Positions 1 through 10,379 of a DNA stretch of 64,000 nt are shown piece by piece. The notes below the pieces were generated by a model. It was not told the DNA's origin and searched no databases. It saw only the letters and a list, made by a program, of their open reading frames with translations. The DNA comes from Laetmonice hystrix (lineage: Eukaryota). The first letter of the stretch is position 1; the number at the start of each line of letters is the position of its first letter. The translations under genes and the position numbers were made by a program. The stretch is from positions 7,998,001 to 8,062,000 of the forward strand of contig OZ249452.1 of NCBI GenBank assembly GCA_965235115.1, given 5' to 3'.

Positions 1-190
1 GCCGACCTTTATGAGGTTGAGTTATAGTTTCAAAGGCAGGTTATGTAACCGTCGCCCTTTTATCCTGCGTCCAGGCAGTCATGTATTCCCTCACAAAGAG
101 TAAACTGTGTGGGCTAACATTATATATATACAGCGGCCTATGTACTGGAGACATCAGTTTCTCCTTTGCGCTTGTTCAGTTCAGACAGTT
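1..190 (+). repeat. Split direct repeat A1 (identical to 2883-3072)
   Basis: gccgacctttatgagg...gttcagacagtt occurs at 1-190 and 2883-3072 with no mismatch seen. It probably extends left of the window and contains a TATA-like tatatatatac at ~121-131. Confidence 0.95.
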
Positions 191-312
191 CTTATTTCTT
201 CGTACATGCGTTTGCCGGGTTGGGTCAGAATCAGACCGATTCTCCTGACACAAGATATAGAACAACATGTAGCCAGGTTATGTGTGACTAGGCGCAGCAG
301 AACGAAACCAAG

Positions 313-495
313 ATGTGTTTGACGGCACCTAGATGTCATGAGTGGCTAAGCAGCAGAGGAAAGTTCTGCCCGTATGGCAGAAAATGCAAGTTTCACCACC
401 CAAGATACAGGCGGCGGGACCCAAAATGCAAGGGCGCGGCTAAGATCCCCACGCCAAAAAACGGGAATGCAGGGTCCCGCTACATACCAATGTAG
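313..495 (+). CDS. Mini gag-like ORF, 60 aa, consisting mainly of a CCCH zinc finger and a basic tail
   Basis: ATG at 313 with in-frame TAG at 289-291 upstream. Peptide CHEWLSSRGKFCPYGRKCKFHH is C-x10-C-x5-C-x3-H. It overlaps the RT frame by 52 nt. Confidence 0.7.
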   Translation: MCLTAPRCHEWLSSRGKFCPYGRKCKFHHPRYRRRDPKCKGAAKIPTPKNGNAGSRYIPM

Positions 496-2087
496 ATGGG
501 GCCCTGATTTATGAAGCATGGGCCGAGGAACTCCCCGACGATGACCCAAAGCGTGATTATCTCCTCGAAGGAATCAAACATGGCTTCCATATCACAGACC
601 CAGCGGCAGTTAAAGACCGGGTCGAAGTCGCCAACTATCGGTCAGCGACCTGCGCGCGGAATGCAGGCAAGGTGGAGGCGCAGATCCTGGAGGAGGTTGC
701 CAACGGCAGGTATGGAATCGTGTCCGAGGCCCCAGCAATCGTGTCGGCTTTGGGGGCGATCGAGAAGCGGGATGGACGCGTACGGCTGATTCACGACTGC
801 AGTCGGCCGGCCGGCTCATCCCTCAACGCGTTTGCTTGGCATGATCGTTTCCAATACATGTCGCTGCAGGATGCCATCGATGTGATGCCGCGGGGAGCAT
901 ATCTGGCCAAAGTTGACCTGGCCAGCGCATACAGGTCAGTCAAGATTCACCCGTCCAATTGTGCAGCTACTGGTCTACAGTGGAAGTTTGCTGGTGATGA
1001 CGCTCCAACATACCTGGTAGACAAGCGTCTGCCCTTCGGAGCCAGGCGGTCACCGGAAATCTTCCATGAATTAGGCCAAGCAGTAAGGCGAATCATGGCG
1101 AGGAAAGGCTATGGTTCTATTATCGTATACTTGGACGATTTTCTTATTGTGTCACACAGTAAGGACGATTGCATGCGCACGCTCAACATGCTGATAAGAA
1201 CTCTTCGAAAGCTGGGGTTCGGCATAAACTATAACAAGGTGGACGGCCCACACCAGAAACTCACGTTCTTGGGCATAGTGCTCGACGCAGTCAATATGAC
1301 CATACAGCTCCCAGAAGAAAAGTGTGAAGACATCTTGTGGCATCTTAGACATGCGCGTCAAAAGCAGAAGATAAAGAAACGCGATCTACAATCCCTCGTC
1401 GGCAAGTTGAGCTGGGCCTGCCAATGTATTCAAGGGGGTCGAACGTTTATTCGCCGACTTATCGACCCAATAGCGCAGTTGAAATCACCCTGGCACCGTA
1501 CCCGTGTAACCAAAGACATGCAAAAAGATCTAGATTGGTGGATTGAGTTCATGGATGTGTTTAATGGTTGGACTCCAATGATTGACAACCGGCCAGTGCT
1601 CCCTGTATGGACAGATGCCTGTCTGCTAGCCGCGGGCGCAGTTTTTGGTACGGACTATGTATACACCCCATTTTGTAACTGGCCTGGTGCATCAGGTCTC
1701 CATATCAACCACAAGGAAACACTGGCGATTGAAACTGCGGCGTCACAGTGGGGACACAGATGGTCAAATCACCGCGTGTTCATATATTGTGATAACCAAG
1801 CTGCAGTTGGTATCATAAACAAGGGTAGCTGCAGAGACCCCTTTACAATGGACGCGCTGCGCAGGATCTTCTGGTGGTCAGCCAAGTTTAACTTTAAGAT
1901 AAAGGCCATTTACTATCCAGGCGAAATGAATGTGGTAGCAGACGCAGTATCAAGGTTACATGAACCGCGTGGGTATCAGCGACTCCTATCTGTTGTTGGA
2001 GGAAGGTTTATAGCAGCGGCGCAGTGTCAGGCTAATGAGCGCGTGAGTTACACAGTGTTAGAAGGCCTAAACTATCACCCAACTTAA
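444..2087 (+). CDS. Reverse transcriptase-RNase H (DIRS/Ngaro type), open from the stop at 441-443
   Basis: Motifs LLEGIKHGF, LIHDCSRP, AKVDLASAYRSV, LPFGARRSP, YLDD, LTFLG. RNase H acidic residues in TDAC, KETLA, CDNQ, ADAVSR. No stop over 547 codons. The track start at 672 is a GTG, so the frame is likely entered by frameshift. Confidence 0.95.
   Translation, partial: DPHAKKRECRVPLHTNVDGALIYEAWAEELPDDDPKRDYLLEGIKHGFHITDPAAVKDRVEVANYRSATCARNAGKVEAQILEEVANGRYGIVSEAPAIVSALGAIEKRDGRVRLIHDCSRPAGSSLNAFAWHDRFQYMSLQDAIDVMPRGAYLAKVDLASAYRSVKIHPSNCAATGLQWKFAGDDAPTYLVDKRLPFGARRSPEIFHELGQAVRRIMARKGYGSIIVYLDDFLIVSHSKDDCMRTLNMLIRTLRKLGFGINYNKVDGPHQKLTFLGIVLDAVNMTIQLPEEKCEDILWHLRHARQKQKIKKRDLQSLVGKLSWACQCIQGGRTFIRRLIDPIAQLKSPWHRTRVTKDMQKDLDWWIEFMDVFNGWTPMIDNRPVLPVWTDACLLAAGAVFGTDYVYTPFCNWPGASGLHINHKETLAIETAASQWGHRWSNHRVFIYCDNQAAVGIINKGSCRDPFTMDALRRIFWWSAKFNFKIKAIYYPGEMNVVADAVSRLHEPRGYQRLLSVVGGRFIAAAQCQANERVSYTVLEGLNYHPT
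456..506 (+). promoter_or_regulatory. -1 programmed ribosomal frameshift signal (slippery A AAA AAC plus downstream stem-loop)
   Basis: Heptamer A AAA AAC at 456-462 is in the ORF1 frame, followed by a 7-nt spacer and hairpin 470-506 (cagggtccc/ggggccctg and ctacat/atgtag). The -1 frame is the open RT frame. Confidence 0.75.
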
Positions 2088-2154
2088 ACCAAGCGGCTAC
2101 AGACTGTTACAGACTTAACATGCCTTCGTCAACCTACTCTCTACCTATGGGGTA

Positions 2155-2786
2155 TTGGGTACAGGCATGTCAATAACTCAGGGCTCAACCTTTTGCAAGC
2201 CTAAAGTAAGTGTTCATTGCGGGCACGTGAGCGTATTAACTTTGGTTAAATCAACTTTTGTGCTAGGGCGCGGTTTTGTCTTTGCGCTTGCTTTATGTCA
2301 TTTGTTTTCCAGTGGTAAGAGTCGTCTAAGACGACTAAGGTGTCAGCAGAACTCTTGTTTCACTTATGCTGGTGATGGTTATCAGCCATTTATATACGGC
2401 TTAGTTATCAGTCATTAACATGACTGGTGTGGCAACAGGCAACCTGGCCTAGTGTGTATTTGCGCGGGCATCAAGCTCAATTTAATATATCAGTCAGCGC
2501 ATGTGTGTTTTTATTTGCGTGGGCATCACGCCCCATCTTATTCAATGTCTTTTCTTGGCGCGGGCAGCGCACATATATATGTCGGGTTAGCGCGCTCACC
2601 ACGCCCAAGCTTACTCAATCAGCGCATGTGGTTATACCCGGTAGCGCGCGCATTGTGTTCCATTCGAGGCAAATGTTGTACCTGGGCAGGTCTTCAGCGC
2701 GCGTTAGTCCATGGAACTGTTCTTAGGAGTTTTTAGGTCGTAGTAATAAACTCCCGGTCTTCCCAAACCAGTGTTGAGAGTTTTAA
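2155..2786 (+). repeat. Split direct repeat B1
   Basis: 632 bp, identical to 3170-3801 except one substitution seen (gtgttcattgc vs gtgctcattgc). AATAAA lies near its 3' end. Confidence 0.95.
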
Positions 2787-2882
2787 GGGAAGCTAAAATA
2801 GGAGTTTAGCGTAGTTTAAAACTCGAGTCACCAAGCCTCCGCGCCAATACAGATGGTGCGATAAGATTATCCCCTTAATGGT

Positions 2883-3072
2883 GCCGACCTTTATGAGGTT
2901 GAGTTATAGTTTCAAAGGCAGGTTATGTAACCGTCGCCCTTTTATCCTGCGTCCAGGCAGTCATGTATTCCCTCACAAAGAGTAAACTGTGTGGGCTAAC
3001 ATTATATATATACAGCGGCCTATGTACTGGAGACATCAGTTTCTCCTTTGCGCTTGTTCAGTTCAGACAGTT
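2883..3072 (+). repeat. Split direct repeat A2
   Basis: Copy of 1-190 lying between B1 and B2. Confidence 0.95.
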
Positions 3073-3169
3073 TTTCCCACCCGCCCACCCGTTATACTTT
3101 CTTTTATAACCTGGTGTCCTGTTACCCTGTCTCACCAATTTTAGACTGGAAGAACAGCGTTTTGTTTTC

Positions 3170-3801
3170 TTGGGTACAGGCATGTCAATAACTCAGGGCT
3201 CAACCTTTTGCAAGCCTAAAGTAAGTGCTCATTGCGGGCACGTGAGCGTATTAACTTTGGTTAAATCAACTTTTGTGCTAGGGCGCGGTTTTGTCTTTGC
3301 GCTTGCTTTATGTCATTTGTTTTCCAGTGGTAAGAGTCGTCTAAGACGACTAAGGTGTCAGCAGAACTCTTGTTTCACTTATGCTGGTGATGGTTATCAG
3401 CCATTTATATACGGCTTAGTTATCAGTCATTAACATGACTGGTGTGGCAACAGGCAACCTGGCCTAGTGTGTATTTGCGCGGGCATCAAGCTCAATTTAA
3501 TATATCAGTCAGCGCATGTGTGTTTTTATTTGCGTGGGCATCACGCCCCATCTTATTCAATGTCTTTTCTTGGCGCGGGCAGCGCACATATATATGTCGG
3601 GTTAGCGCGCTCACCACGCCCAAGCTTACTCAATCAGCGCATGTGGTTATACCCGGTAGCGCGCGCATTGTGTTCCATTCGAGGCAAATGTTGTACCTGG
3701 GCAGGTCTTCAGCGCGCGTTAGTCCATGGAACTGTTCTTAGGAGTTTTTAGGTCGTAGTAATAAACTCCCGGTCTTCCCAAACCAGTGTTGAGAGTTTTA
3801 A
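3170..3801 (+). repeat. Split direct repeat B2, right end of the element
   Basis: Copy of 2155-2786 ending gagagttttaa, then AT-rich host sequence. Confidence 0.95.
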
Positions 3802-3927
3802 ATATAGAGAAGCCATTAATATACTGAAGTGAGTGAGTGGTTTTTAAGCAATAATCGCTGAGAGAATAAAGTTTTAAAAACTTGTCATCAGTCGTACTCC
3901 CTATGTACTCTACACTTACGTATAGTG

Positions 3928-4929
3928 TTATTTCTTACAAACTAAAAGTATGGCTCGAATTTCTCTCCGAAACGCCGGTCCACTAACACAGTACAGCACA
4001 AAATTAATGGCGTGATTTGAAGCTTCCAGGATATAAAGTATGACGTAGGCGATAAAAGGCACTGGGAAACCAGCTGTGGTCGTCAGGTGGCACACACCAA
4101 GAGGAACAGTTAGTACGGTATAGCTGACACTTAGAACAATCAATGTGTGTGTTAGGTGCAAGTTCCGCCCCGATATGGAGTCGGTAGAAACCGCGGAGTT
4201 TGACGCGGCTGTCCTGATCCTATTCTGTTTCCTCAGTTTATACATGAGATAAATGTTGCAGGAGCTAATGATAATAGCAGGTAGCAGTGCAAACACGAGA
4301 AGATCAACAATGTTCATTACAACGTTGAGCTGAATTTTGACGTACTTATCCATCCAGACACAGCCATCAGACTCGTTTAGTTCTACCATAGCGATGATGT
4401 AACTATTGCCGACCAACGACACCAGTGTTGTCACGCACACGACAACACAAGCACGGGTCTGACTTAGGAATAATTTGCCCCTTAATGGGAACCTCACAAC
4501 GAGAAACCGCTCAAATGTCACCGTCACAACAAGCCACGCGCTGAGACATCTTGAAAACGTTATGAAGTACTGAACCATCTTACAGGCCCAGTTTGAGCTC
4601 CCATGAATGTCGATTCCTGTCACCAACCAAACCCATCTTGCCGTCATACCGTTGCAAAGCAGGCAGATTGTATCCACGACGGCCAGACTTACCAAAAACA
4701 CAGATGTCGACGACTGTCGAAATTTCCTCCGTAAGAGAATGATCGCTGAGAACATGTTGCCGAAAATACCGAGTGTGAATATTATGGGCATCAAAACAAG
4801 AACGATGTAATCATCTACGGTGCTCGGTTTATGCCTATAATATATGGCGTCTCCTTCAAATCTGGGTGTAAACTCCGTCGTGAATTCAGTTTGTGTTGCA
4901 TTACGATTGGCAATGAACGCCACTGCCAT
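3928..4929 (-). CDS. Intronless class A (rhodopsin-like) GPCR, FMRFamide/TRH-receptor-like orphan type
   Basis: Seven hydrophobic segments, GN in TM1, LAVVD in TM2, C-K in TM3, ERF at the DRY position, NHAINFVLY at the NPxxY position. First ATG at 4929 (MAVAFIANRNAT, with an N-glycosylation sequon). Confidence 0.92.
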   Translation of the reverse strand: MAVAFIANRNATQTEFTTEFTPRFEGDAIYYRHKPSTVDDYIVLVLMPIIFTLGIFGNMFSAIILLRRKFRQSSTSVFLVSLAVVDTICLLCNGMTARWVWLVTGIDIHGSSNWACKMVQYFITFSRCLSAWLVVTVTFERFLVVRFPLRGKLFLSQTRACVVVCVTTLVSLVGNSYIIAMVELNESDGCVWMDKYVKIQLNVVMNIVDLLVFALLPAIIISSCNIYLMYKLRKQNRIRTAASNSAVSTDSISGRNLHLTHTLIVLSVSYTVLTVPLGVCHLTTTAGFPVPFIAYVILYILEASNHAINFVLYCVSGPAFRREIRAILLVCKK

Positions 4930-5989
4930 GGTGACACGTCCACAGCTCCGGTCCCAGCTCAGTACACGGCTACTTTGCAAACTGAAGTCTTCAGGTTCAG
5001 AAACATTGTTATGTTACAGTCAAGGCAGGGAACGGAATTATGTGTGAAGAGAGGCAAAGGTCCTGTGGTTGCGATTGTGAAATAGACCACACGGACTCCT
5101 TGAGAACGTTTGACCCTTGGATTATTATAAAACAAGAGAAGTTCTTATTTTTCCATAAAGCATTATCTAACGTTGGCAGACTTCCAGCATTATCAAGATT
5201 TAATTCTGATTGGATGCCAATCAGCGGAGAGCAGGTCAAATAGCTGATAAGTTCCCATTCTGTCTGATTTGTAATCACTTGGGAATAAAAGGTGGGGCTT
5301 GCTTCGCCGGCAGCGAAATGTTTTTTCATGCGATAGTCGCATTTGATGGACCTTATCGAGTCAAGCAATGGTTCATTATCCAAGCGATGACAGTATCTAT
5401 TGCAGCGATATCTATGCATAAGTTGAAGTGATACATTTTGCGAGATTTATACAATTGTCATTTAATCATACGAGAAGCAAAAATAAAATCGTGAAGCGAT
5501 GATAAACTGTCATGCGATTTCTGGCGATGTATTGAGCCCTTGGCCCTTAAACACGATTTTTACGGTCAAACGCCTTCTCATTGTCTACATTTATATGTTA
5601 ACTTGTTTTTTTTTATCTATACCTATAGTCTGTAGTTTGAAGAGTCCTTTCTAGTGTCTCTAATATACACAAAACCAGCTTTACATCTACCTTATATTTC
5701 CACTTTCAATATAGACCTCTAAGGCTAATTCAACTCAATGTTCAATATCCTATCTACACATCCTTTGTCGTTAACAACCGTCTTAACCGTGTAGGATTGC
5801 AGAAACATCTCTGTGGAACCCTTACCATTTTTCAAAAAGAGTAGGGTATTGCCTCCCGGTGGGAGGTTTCCTTCACACTTCATCGTCTTGACCACCCCCT
5901 CGTGACTCAGGGGGTGGGTGGTGGGTGGGGGTAGGTCTCTTACTGAATTGTTTTATATCGCCCTGAAAATGGCTAAATTTTTTCCCACA

Positions 5990-6499
5990 TGGCATGAACC
6001 CTCCAATTCACTCATTGTGTGTAGGTGATGCTCGGACACAAGCAACACGTGTGTCAGCTGCAAGTTACGCTGACATAAAGAGTCGGTAGAGTTTGACATT
6101 GTTGCCCTTACCTTATTCCGAGGGATCATGTAACTATTGATGACCACTGACAGTAGTGTTGTCACGCCAACAACAACGCAGCCATGAGCCCGGCTGAGGT
6201 ATAATTTGCCTTTTACTGGGAATCTTATAACGAAAACCCGCTGAACTGCCATAACAAGGCACGCACTGAGACATCTAGAAAACCGTGATGAAAACTGAAA
6301 CATTTTACACGCCCAGTTTGAGATTCCAATAATGGCGAACCCTGTCACTTGCCAACCCCACCTGCGGGCTGCTATACAGGCAGATCGTATCCACGAAAGT
6401 CAGACGAATCAAAAACACAGATGTCGATGACTGTCGAAATCTCTTCCTTAGAAGAAAGATCGCAGAGAACATGTTGCCGAAAATACCGAATGTGAACAT
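5990..6499 (-). pseudogene. GPCR pseudogene, paralog of the flanking receptors
   Basis: FTFGIFGNMFSAIFLLRKRFRQSSTSVFL, frameshift, then NWACKMFQFSSRFSRCLSACLVMAVQRVF...NSYMI joined directly to RNKVRATMSNSTDSL (TM5 region deleted). TM7 is absent. Confidence 0.85.
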
Positions 6500-7293
6500 G
6501 ATTGGTTGTTGTCTTCTTCCTTGCTTCTTTTCGGAGTCTGTGTGTAAAATGCAACATGCTTGACCACAACTGCTCGTCTCTATCTCTGATTGAGTACAGT
6601 ACTTCCAGACAATTAAAGTAATATCTGGCTGTCAACTTGACTCAGATTTCTGGGGCCCGTCTTACTAAGAATGTCACTCCCCAAATCAGGGACATCCCCA
6701 TATTGGGGACATCTCTCCAACACTGTTTCAATGGAGGGACCTTTTGGTATTACACCTCACAACGGGGATATCCCTGATCTGGGGATTTTAGTGGGGATTT
6801 TGCTGGATCACCGTTATTGAGATGGTCCCCTGGTTTCGCCAATACAGCTATTCTTCCCAATTGATCAGGGGTGCTAATGTATCAGTCTTTGCTGAAAACG
6901 TAGTATAATATAGTAGCAGTTCAGAAAGAATACTTGCTCAAACGTGAAGGTAGAGCACACAAGAAATGTAAGGAGGTTCCAGATCCATTGCTCGCTAATC
7001 TTTGTTTGCCATTACGCATGGGTCCATGAGAGTTCTTGAGATAACCTGTCTCATTTAATTAACTAAAAAATGTAATTGGGGAAAGTCGTGATAAATTACA
7101 TCAGAAGTGATTCAGACTCTGAAACAAGCTCATCTAACTTTGACAAACATTTTCTTCAGATTACAAACCGGATGTGTGCAATACGGCTGAGGGGACTTCA
7201 AACGGGCGATACGTAACCATGTTACCTGGGGTGCTTGAAAATCAATCTGAAAAAATCACAAATCCAATTGTTTAATGGAGGGACCTTAATTAA

Positions 7294-7639
7294 AGGGAAT
7301 AGAAAAGTTCCTCACTAACGTACCTTTGAACACCAGTGACACCATATAAAGTGTCTAAGGTCACACCAATAAGTGGAACACTGTCAACGGCGACTTTTTA
7401 AAAATACCGCCCGGGTCATTTGCTATTTCCCACGCGAGACAGCGGGAGCTATATCTATTAATAGATTGAGATAAGGGCCAAATAGGGTAAACAGACCGAC
7501 GAAGCCAGCGGGAGAATGTCTCTACATTTCGGTTGATTATTCCTTTATTAAAGATCAGATAATCACAGAATTGTAGGTAAGAACAAGCTTGTTCCTGCTG
7601 AACACCCTTATATTGATAGTTTGAACTTTTCTATTCCCT
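7294..7639. mobile_element. Non-autonomous Kolobok-type DNA transposon (MITE)
   Basis: 17-bp TIR AGGGAATAGAAAAGTTC / GAACTTTTCTATTCCCT, TTAA on both sides (7290-93, 7640-43), RR...YY termini. A second copy lies at 11496-11828. Confidence 0.85.
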
Positions 7640-7643
7640 TTAA

Positions 7644-8172
7644 AGGGAGTCGTAAAATTCTTTTTTTTTTCGATTTATGGCAGTCTTAGAAACATATGAT
7701 TCGCATACCTTGGACTCCCAGTAACATCATGTGAGACTGTTATGGCCCAGCGACCAGTATTTAGTAAGGAAAATATGCCAAATCTCTCGCAAATACGTAG
7801 CTCAGAATTAGCGAGCGGCCCACAGGATATTTGAGTTGGCCGTGGTCGGGCGATGATGAAGCGTGATCACGTGACTTCCGGGTGTACATGCGGTATTAAG
7901 GTCAACACTAGACTAGAGGGAGATTCTCTTCCACACCCGGAAGTCACGTGATCACGCGTCATCATCGCCCGACCGCGGCCAACTCAAATATCCTGTGGGC
8001 CGCTCGCTAATTCTGAGCTACGTATTTGCGAGAGATTTGGCATATTTTCCTTACTAAATACTGGTCGCTGGGCCATAACAGTCTCACATGATGTTACTGG
8101 GAGTCCAAGGTATGCAAATCATATGTTTCTAAGACTGCCATAAATCGAAAAAAATGAATTTTACGACTCCCT
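7644..8172. mobile_element. Fold-back Kolobok-type MITE with ~240-bp inverted arms
   Basis: 7644-7885 is a near-perfect reverse complement of 7933-8172, with a 47-bp spacer. TTAA flanks, AGGG...CCCT ends. Confidence 0.9.
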
Positions 8173-8952
8173 TTAACGACTATTGTCCGTATCGAAGTGA
8201 TCAGTGTGACTGATGGAGGTCAGTGAGTACGTGGGGAAAACACGAGCCTGAGAATACGTGCATGACAAATAAACCTTTTTATATAGTATTAGAAGGTCAA
8301 CAGGGAAAACCAAACTGAAACTTTGACCACTTAATCCTCGCGGCAGAGAACGATAATGATAGCAAAAAGGAGAACTATACTATTCGAACTAAATTTTAAT
8401 TGTTTTTATGCTTCTTTCAAATTTTCTATATGTTCCACGTCATTTACAGAACGTGTGTCAATGCCTGTTCACTACTTCGTTGACAAGCTCGTCATATTGA
8501 AGTTTCTATCTTGTGCGGTTGTTTATTTCTATGGTGCTTAGTATGCCTGTATGGGAACCCATAAATTTCTGCTTACAGATTGACGTAGCGTTGGCGTAAG
8601 AAGTAGAGTGCCCAGTCTCACAAACACTGGTCGAAATACCAAAGCCTTTGCTAACCCAGTCGCAGAGCACTGGGAAGGACCAGTCAGAAAATCATACTGG
8701 AATGATATATAGATCCATCTGTGTAATTTTACGGACAGCAAGGGGTCGTTCTGAAAAACTAATGGGACCACATGGAACGTGTCCATGTTCTTCTTCCGTA
8801 CCGTTGTACTCTCTCGCCCCCTTTTTTAACAGAACAATAAATGTTTACTTTCGTTTCTAAGAGAAAAACAAAACATTTGAATCTTTCGAATCTAATCGTA
8901 ATATAAAGAAGTGCGCAATGTTTCACGACAGACGAAGTTATGTGTTCAACGA

Positions 8953-9897
8953 TTATGCCTCATTAAGCACATATTTCTCTTTAGAAAACATTGCACGTAT
9001 TTCTCGCCGAAACGCTGGACTGCTAACACAGTACAGAACAAAATTGATGGCGTGATTTGAGGCTTCAAGGATGTAGCAAATGAGGTAGATGATGAAAAAT
9101 TCGTCTGACAAACTAACCGCTACAGCTAAATTGTGAATTCCAATGGGAAGAGTCAGCACAGTGTAAGTAATGCTCAGTGCGATCAACGTCTGTGTCAGGT
9201 GCAGGTCCCGCCCAGATAAAGAGTCCGTCACTGCGGAGTTTGACGTTGTTGCCATTAACTTCTTTCGTTTCCTTAGTTTATATACAAGATAAATGTTGCA
9301 GATGGTAATGATAATGGCAGGCAGTAGTGCAAAGATAACAAGGTCAACAATGTTCATCACAACGTTAAGGTGACTTACTATGTACTTTTCCTTCCAGTAG
9401 CATGTACCAGGGCTATAGAGTTCTACCATAGCGATCATGTAACTATTAACGACCAGTGACAGCAGTGTTGTCACGCCAACAACAACGCATCCATGAGCCC
9501 GGCTTATGAATAACTTGCCTTTAAATGGGAATCTTACAACGAGAAACCGCTGTACTGTCACTGCCACAACAAACCACGCACTAAGACATCTTGTAAACGT
9601 GATGACGTACTGCGACATCTTACACGCCCAGTTTGCGAATCCGGCAATGTCGAATCCTGTTACTATCCAAATCCACCTACCGGTCATCCCGTTGCTAAGC
9701 AGGCAAATCGTATCCGCAAAAGCCAGGCTTAGCAGAAACATGTAGGTGGATGACTGTCGAAACTTCTTCCTTAAAAGAACGATCGCTGAAAATGTGTTGC
9801 CGACAATGCCAAGCGTGAATATGATGGGCATGGATACAAGAATGATGCCATCCTCGACCGCGCTTGATTTAGACTCAGTCCTGTTTGATAAATCCAT
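8953..9897 (-). CDS. Intronless class A GPCR, paralog of 3928-4929
   Basis: 314 aa from ATG 9897, 7 TM segments, GN, LAFAD, WACK, QRF at the DRY position, NHAINFVLY. Confidence 0.92.
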   Translation of the reverse strand: MDLSNRTESKSSAVEDGIILVSMPIIFTLGIVGNTFSAIVLLRKKFRQSSTYMFLLSLAFADTICLLSNGMTGRWIWIVTGFDIAGFANWACKMSQYVITFTRCLSAWFVVAVTVQRFLVVRFPFKGKLFISRAHGCVVVGVTTLLSLVVNSYMIAMVELYSPGTCYWKEKYIVSHLNVVMNIVDLVIFALLPAIIITICNIYLVYKLRKRKKLMATTSNSAVTDSLSGRDLHLTQTLIALSITYTVLTLPIGIHNLAVAVSLSDEFFIIYLICYILEASNHAINFVLYCVSSPAFRREIRAMFSKEKYVLNEA

Positions 9898-10379
9898 CGT
9901 AGATTCCTTCGTGTATGCTCAATACTCCCGGATTGGTTGGTCCCGGCAACTTTGCCAATTGATGTAATCTGGGTTTGTTAGTTTGAGTTGAATTTCTCGT
10001 TTCCGGATGCATCAGATTGCATCTTGAAGTGTCTAATCAGTGTTTGCGAATGTGTCCTAGACTTCAACAGCTCTTGAGAATACTTCACACTTTGATCATA
10101 TAAAAAGTGCTTCAAGCTCCAAAAGTAGCCCTTTTTAACTTGGGTAAACGTCGAGCAATATCCGGTAGTTCATATTTTAATAAATCACGGAACAGGTGCT
10201 TGAAGCTCCTAAAGTATAGCCCTTTTGAACTTTGGTAAAGGTCGAGCAATATCCGGCAGTTCACAATTTACATGTGTCTAATACGTCTGAGAGAAGACCA
10301 TGATGGGTGCAACAGAAGCACGGTTGTTTAGTGCTCTGCTGAATTGATCCCCTGTCGAGAACTGTTGACCCTCTTCCTT

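Larger units (their letters stand above)
1..3801 (+). mobile_element. DIRS-order (Ngaro/PAT-like, split-direct-repeat) retrotransposon, 5' end cut by the window edge, no tyrosine recombinase ORF visible
   Basis: Layout A1(1-190) - ORFs - B1(2155-2786) - 96 bp - A2(2883-3072) - 97 bp - B2(3170-3801) matches the A..B-A-B split direct repeats of Ngaro/PAT elements. The RT/RNase H ORF has DIRS-type motifs. Confidence 0.9.

Noticed and set aside
2155-3751. ORFs of 87-99 aa inside repeats B1/B2 as a possible recombinase or extra gene
   Set aside because: No YR motifs, non-ATG starts, and they simply recur because the repeat is duplicated.
1-3801. Hammerhead ribozyme / retrozyme or Penelope-like interpretation of the direct repeats
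   Set aside because: I did not see a CUGANGA...GAAA core in A or B, there is no GIY-YIG ORF, and the RT has an RNase H and DIRS-type motifs. An Infernal scan would be the definitive test.
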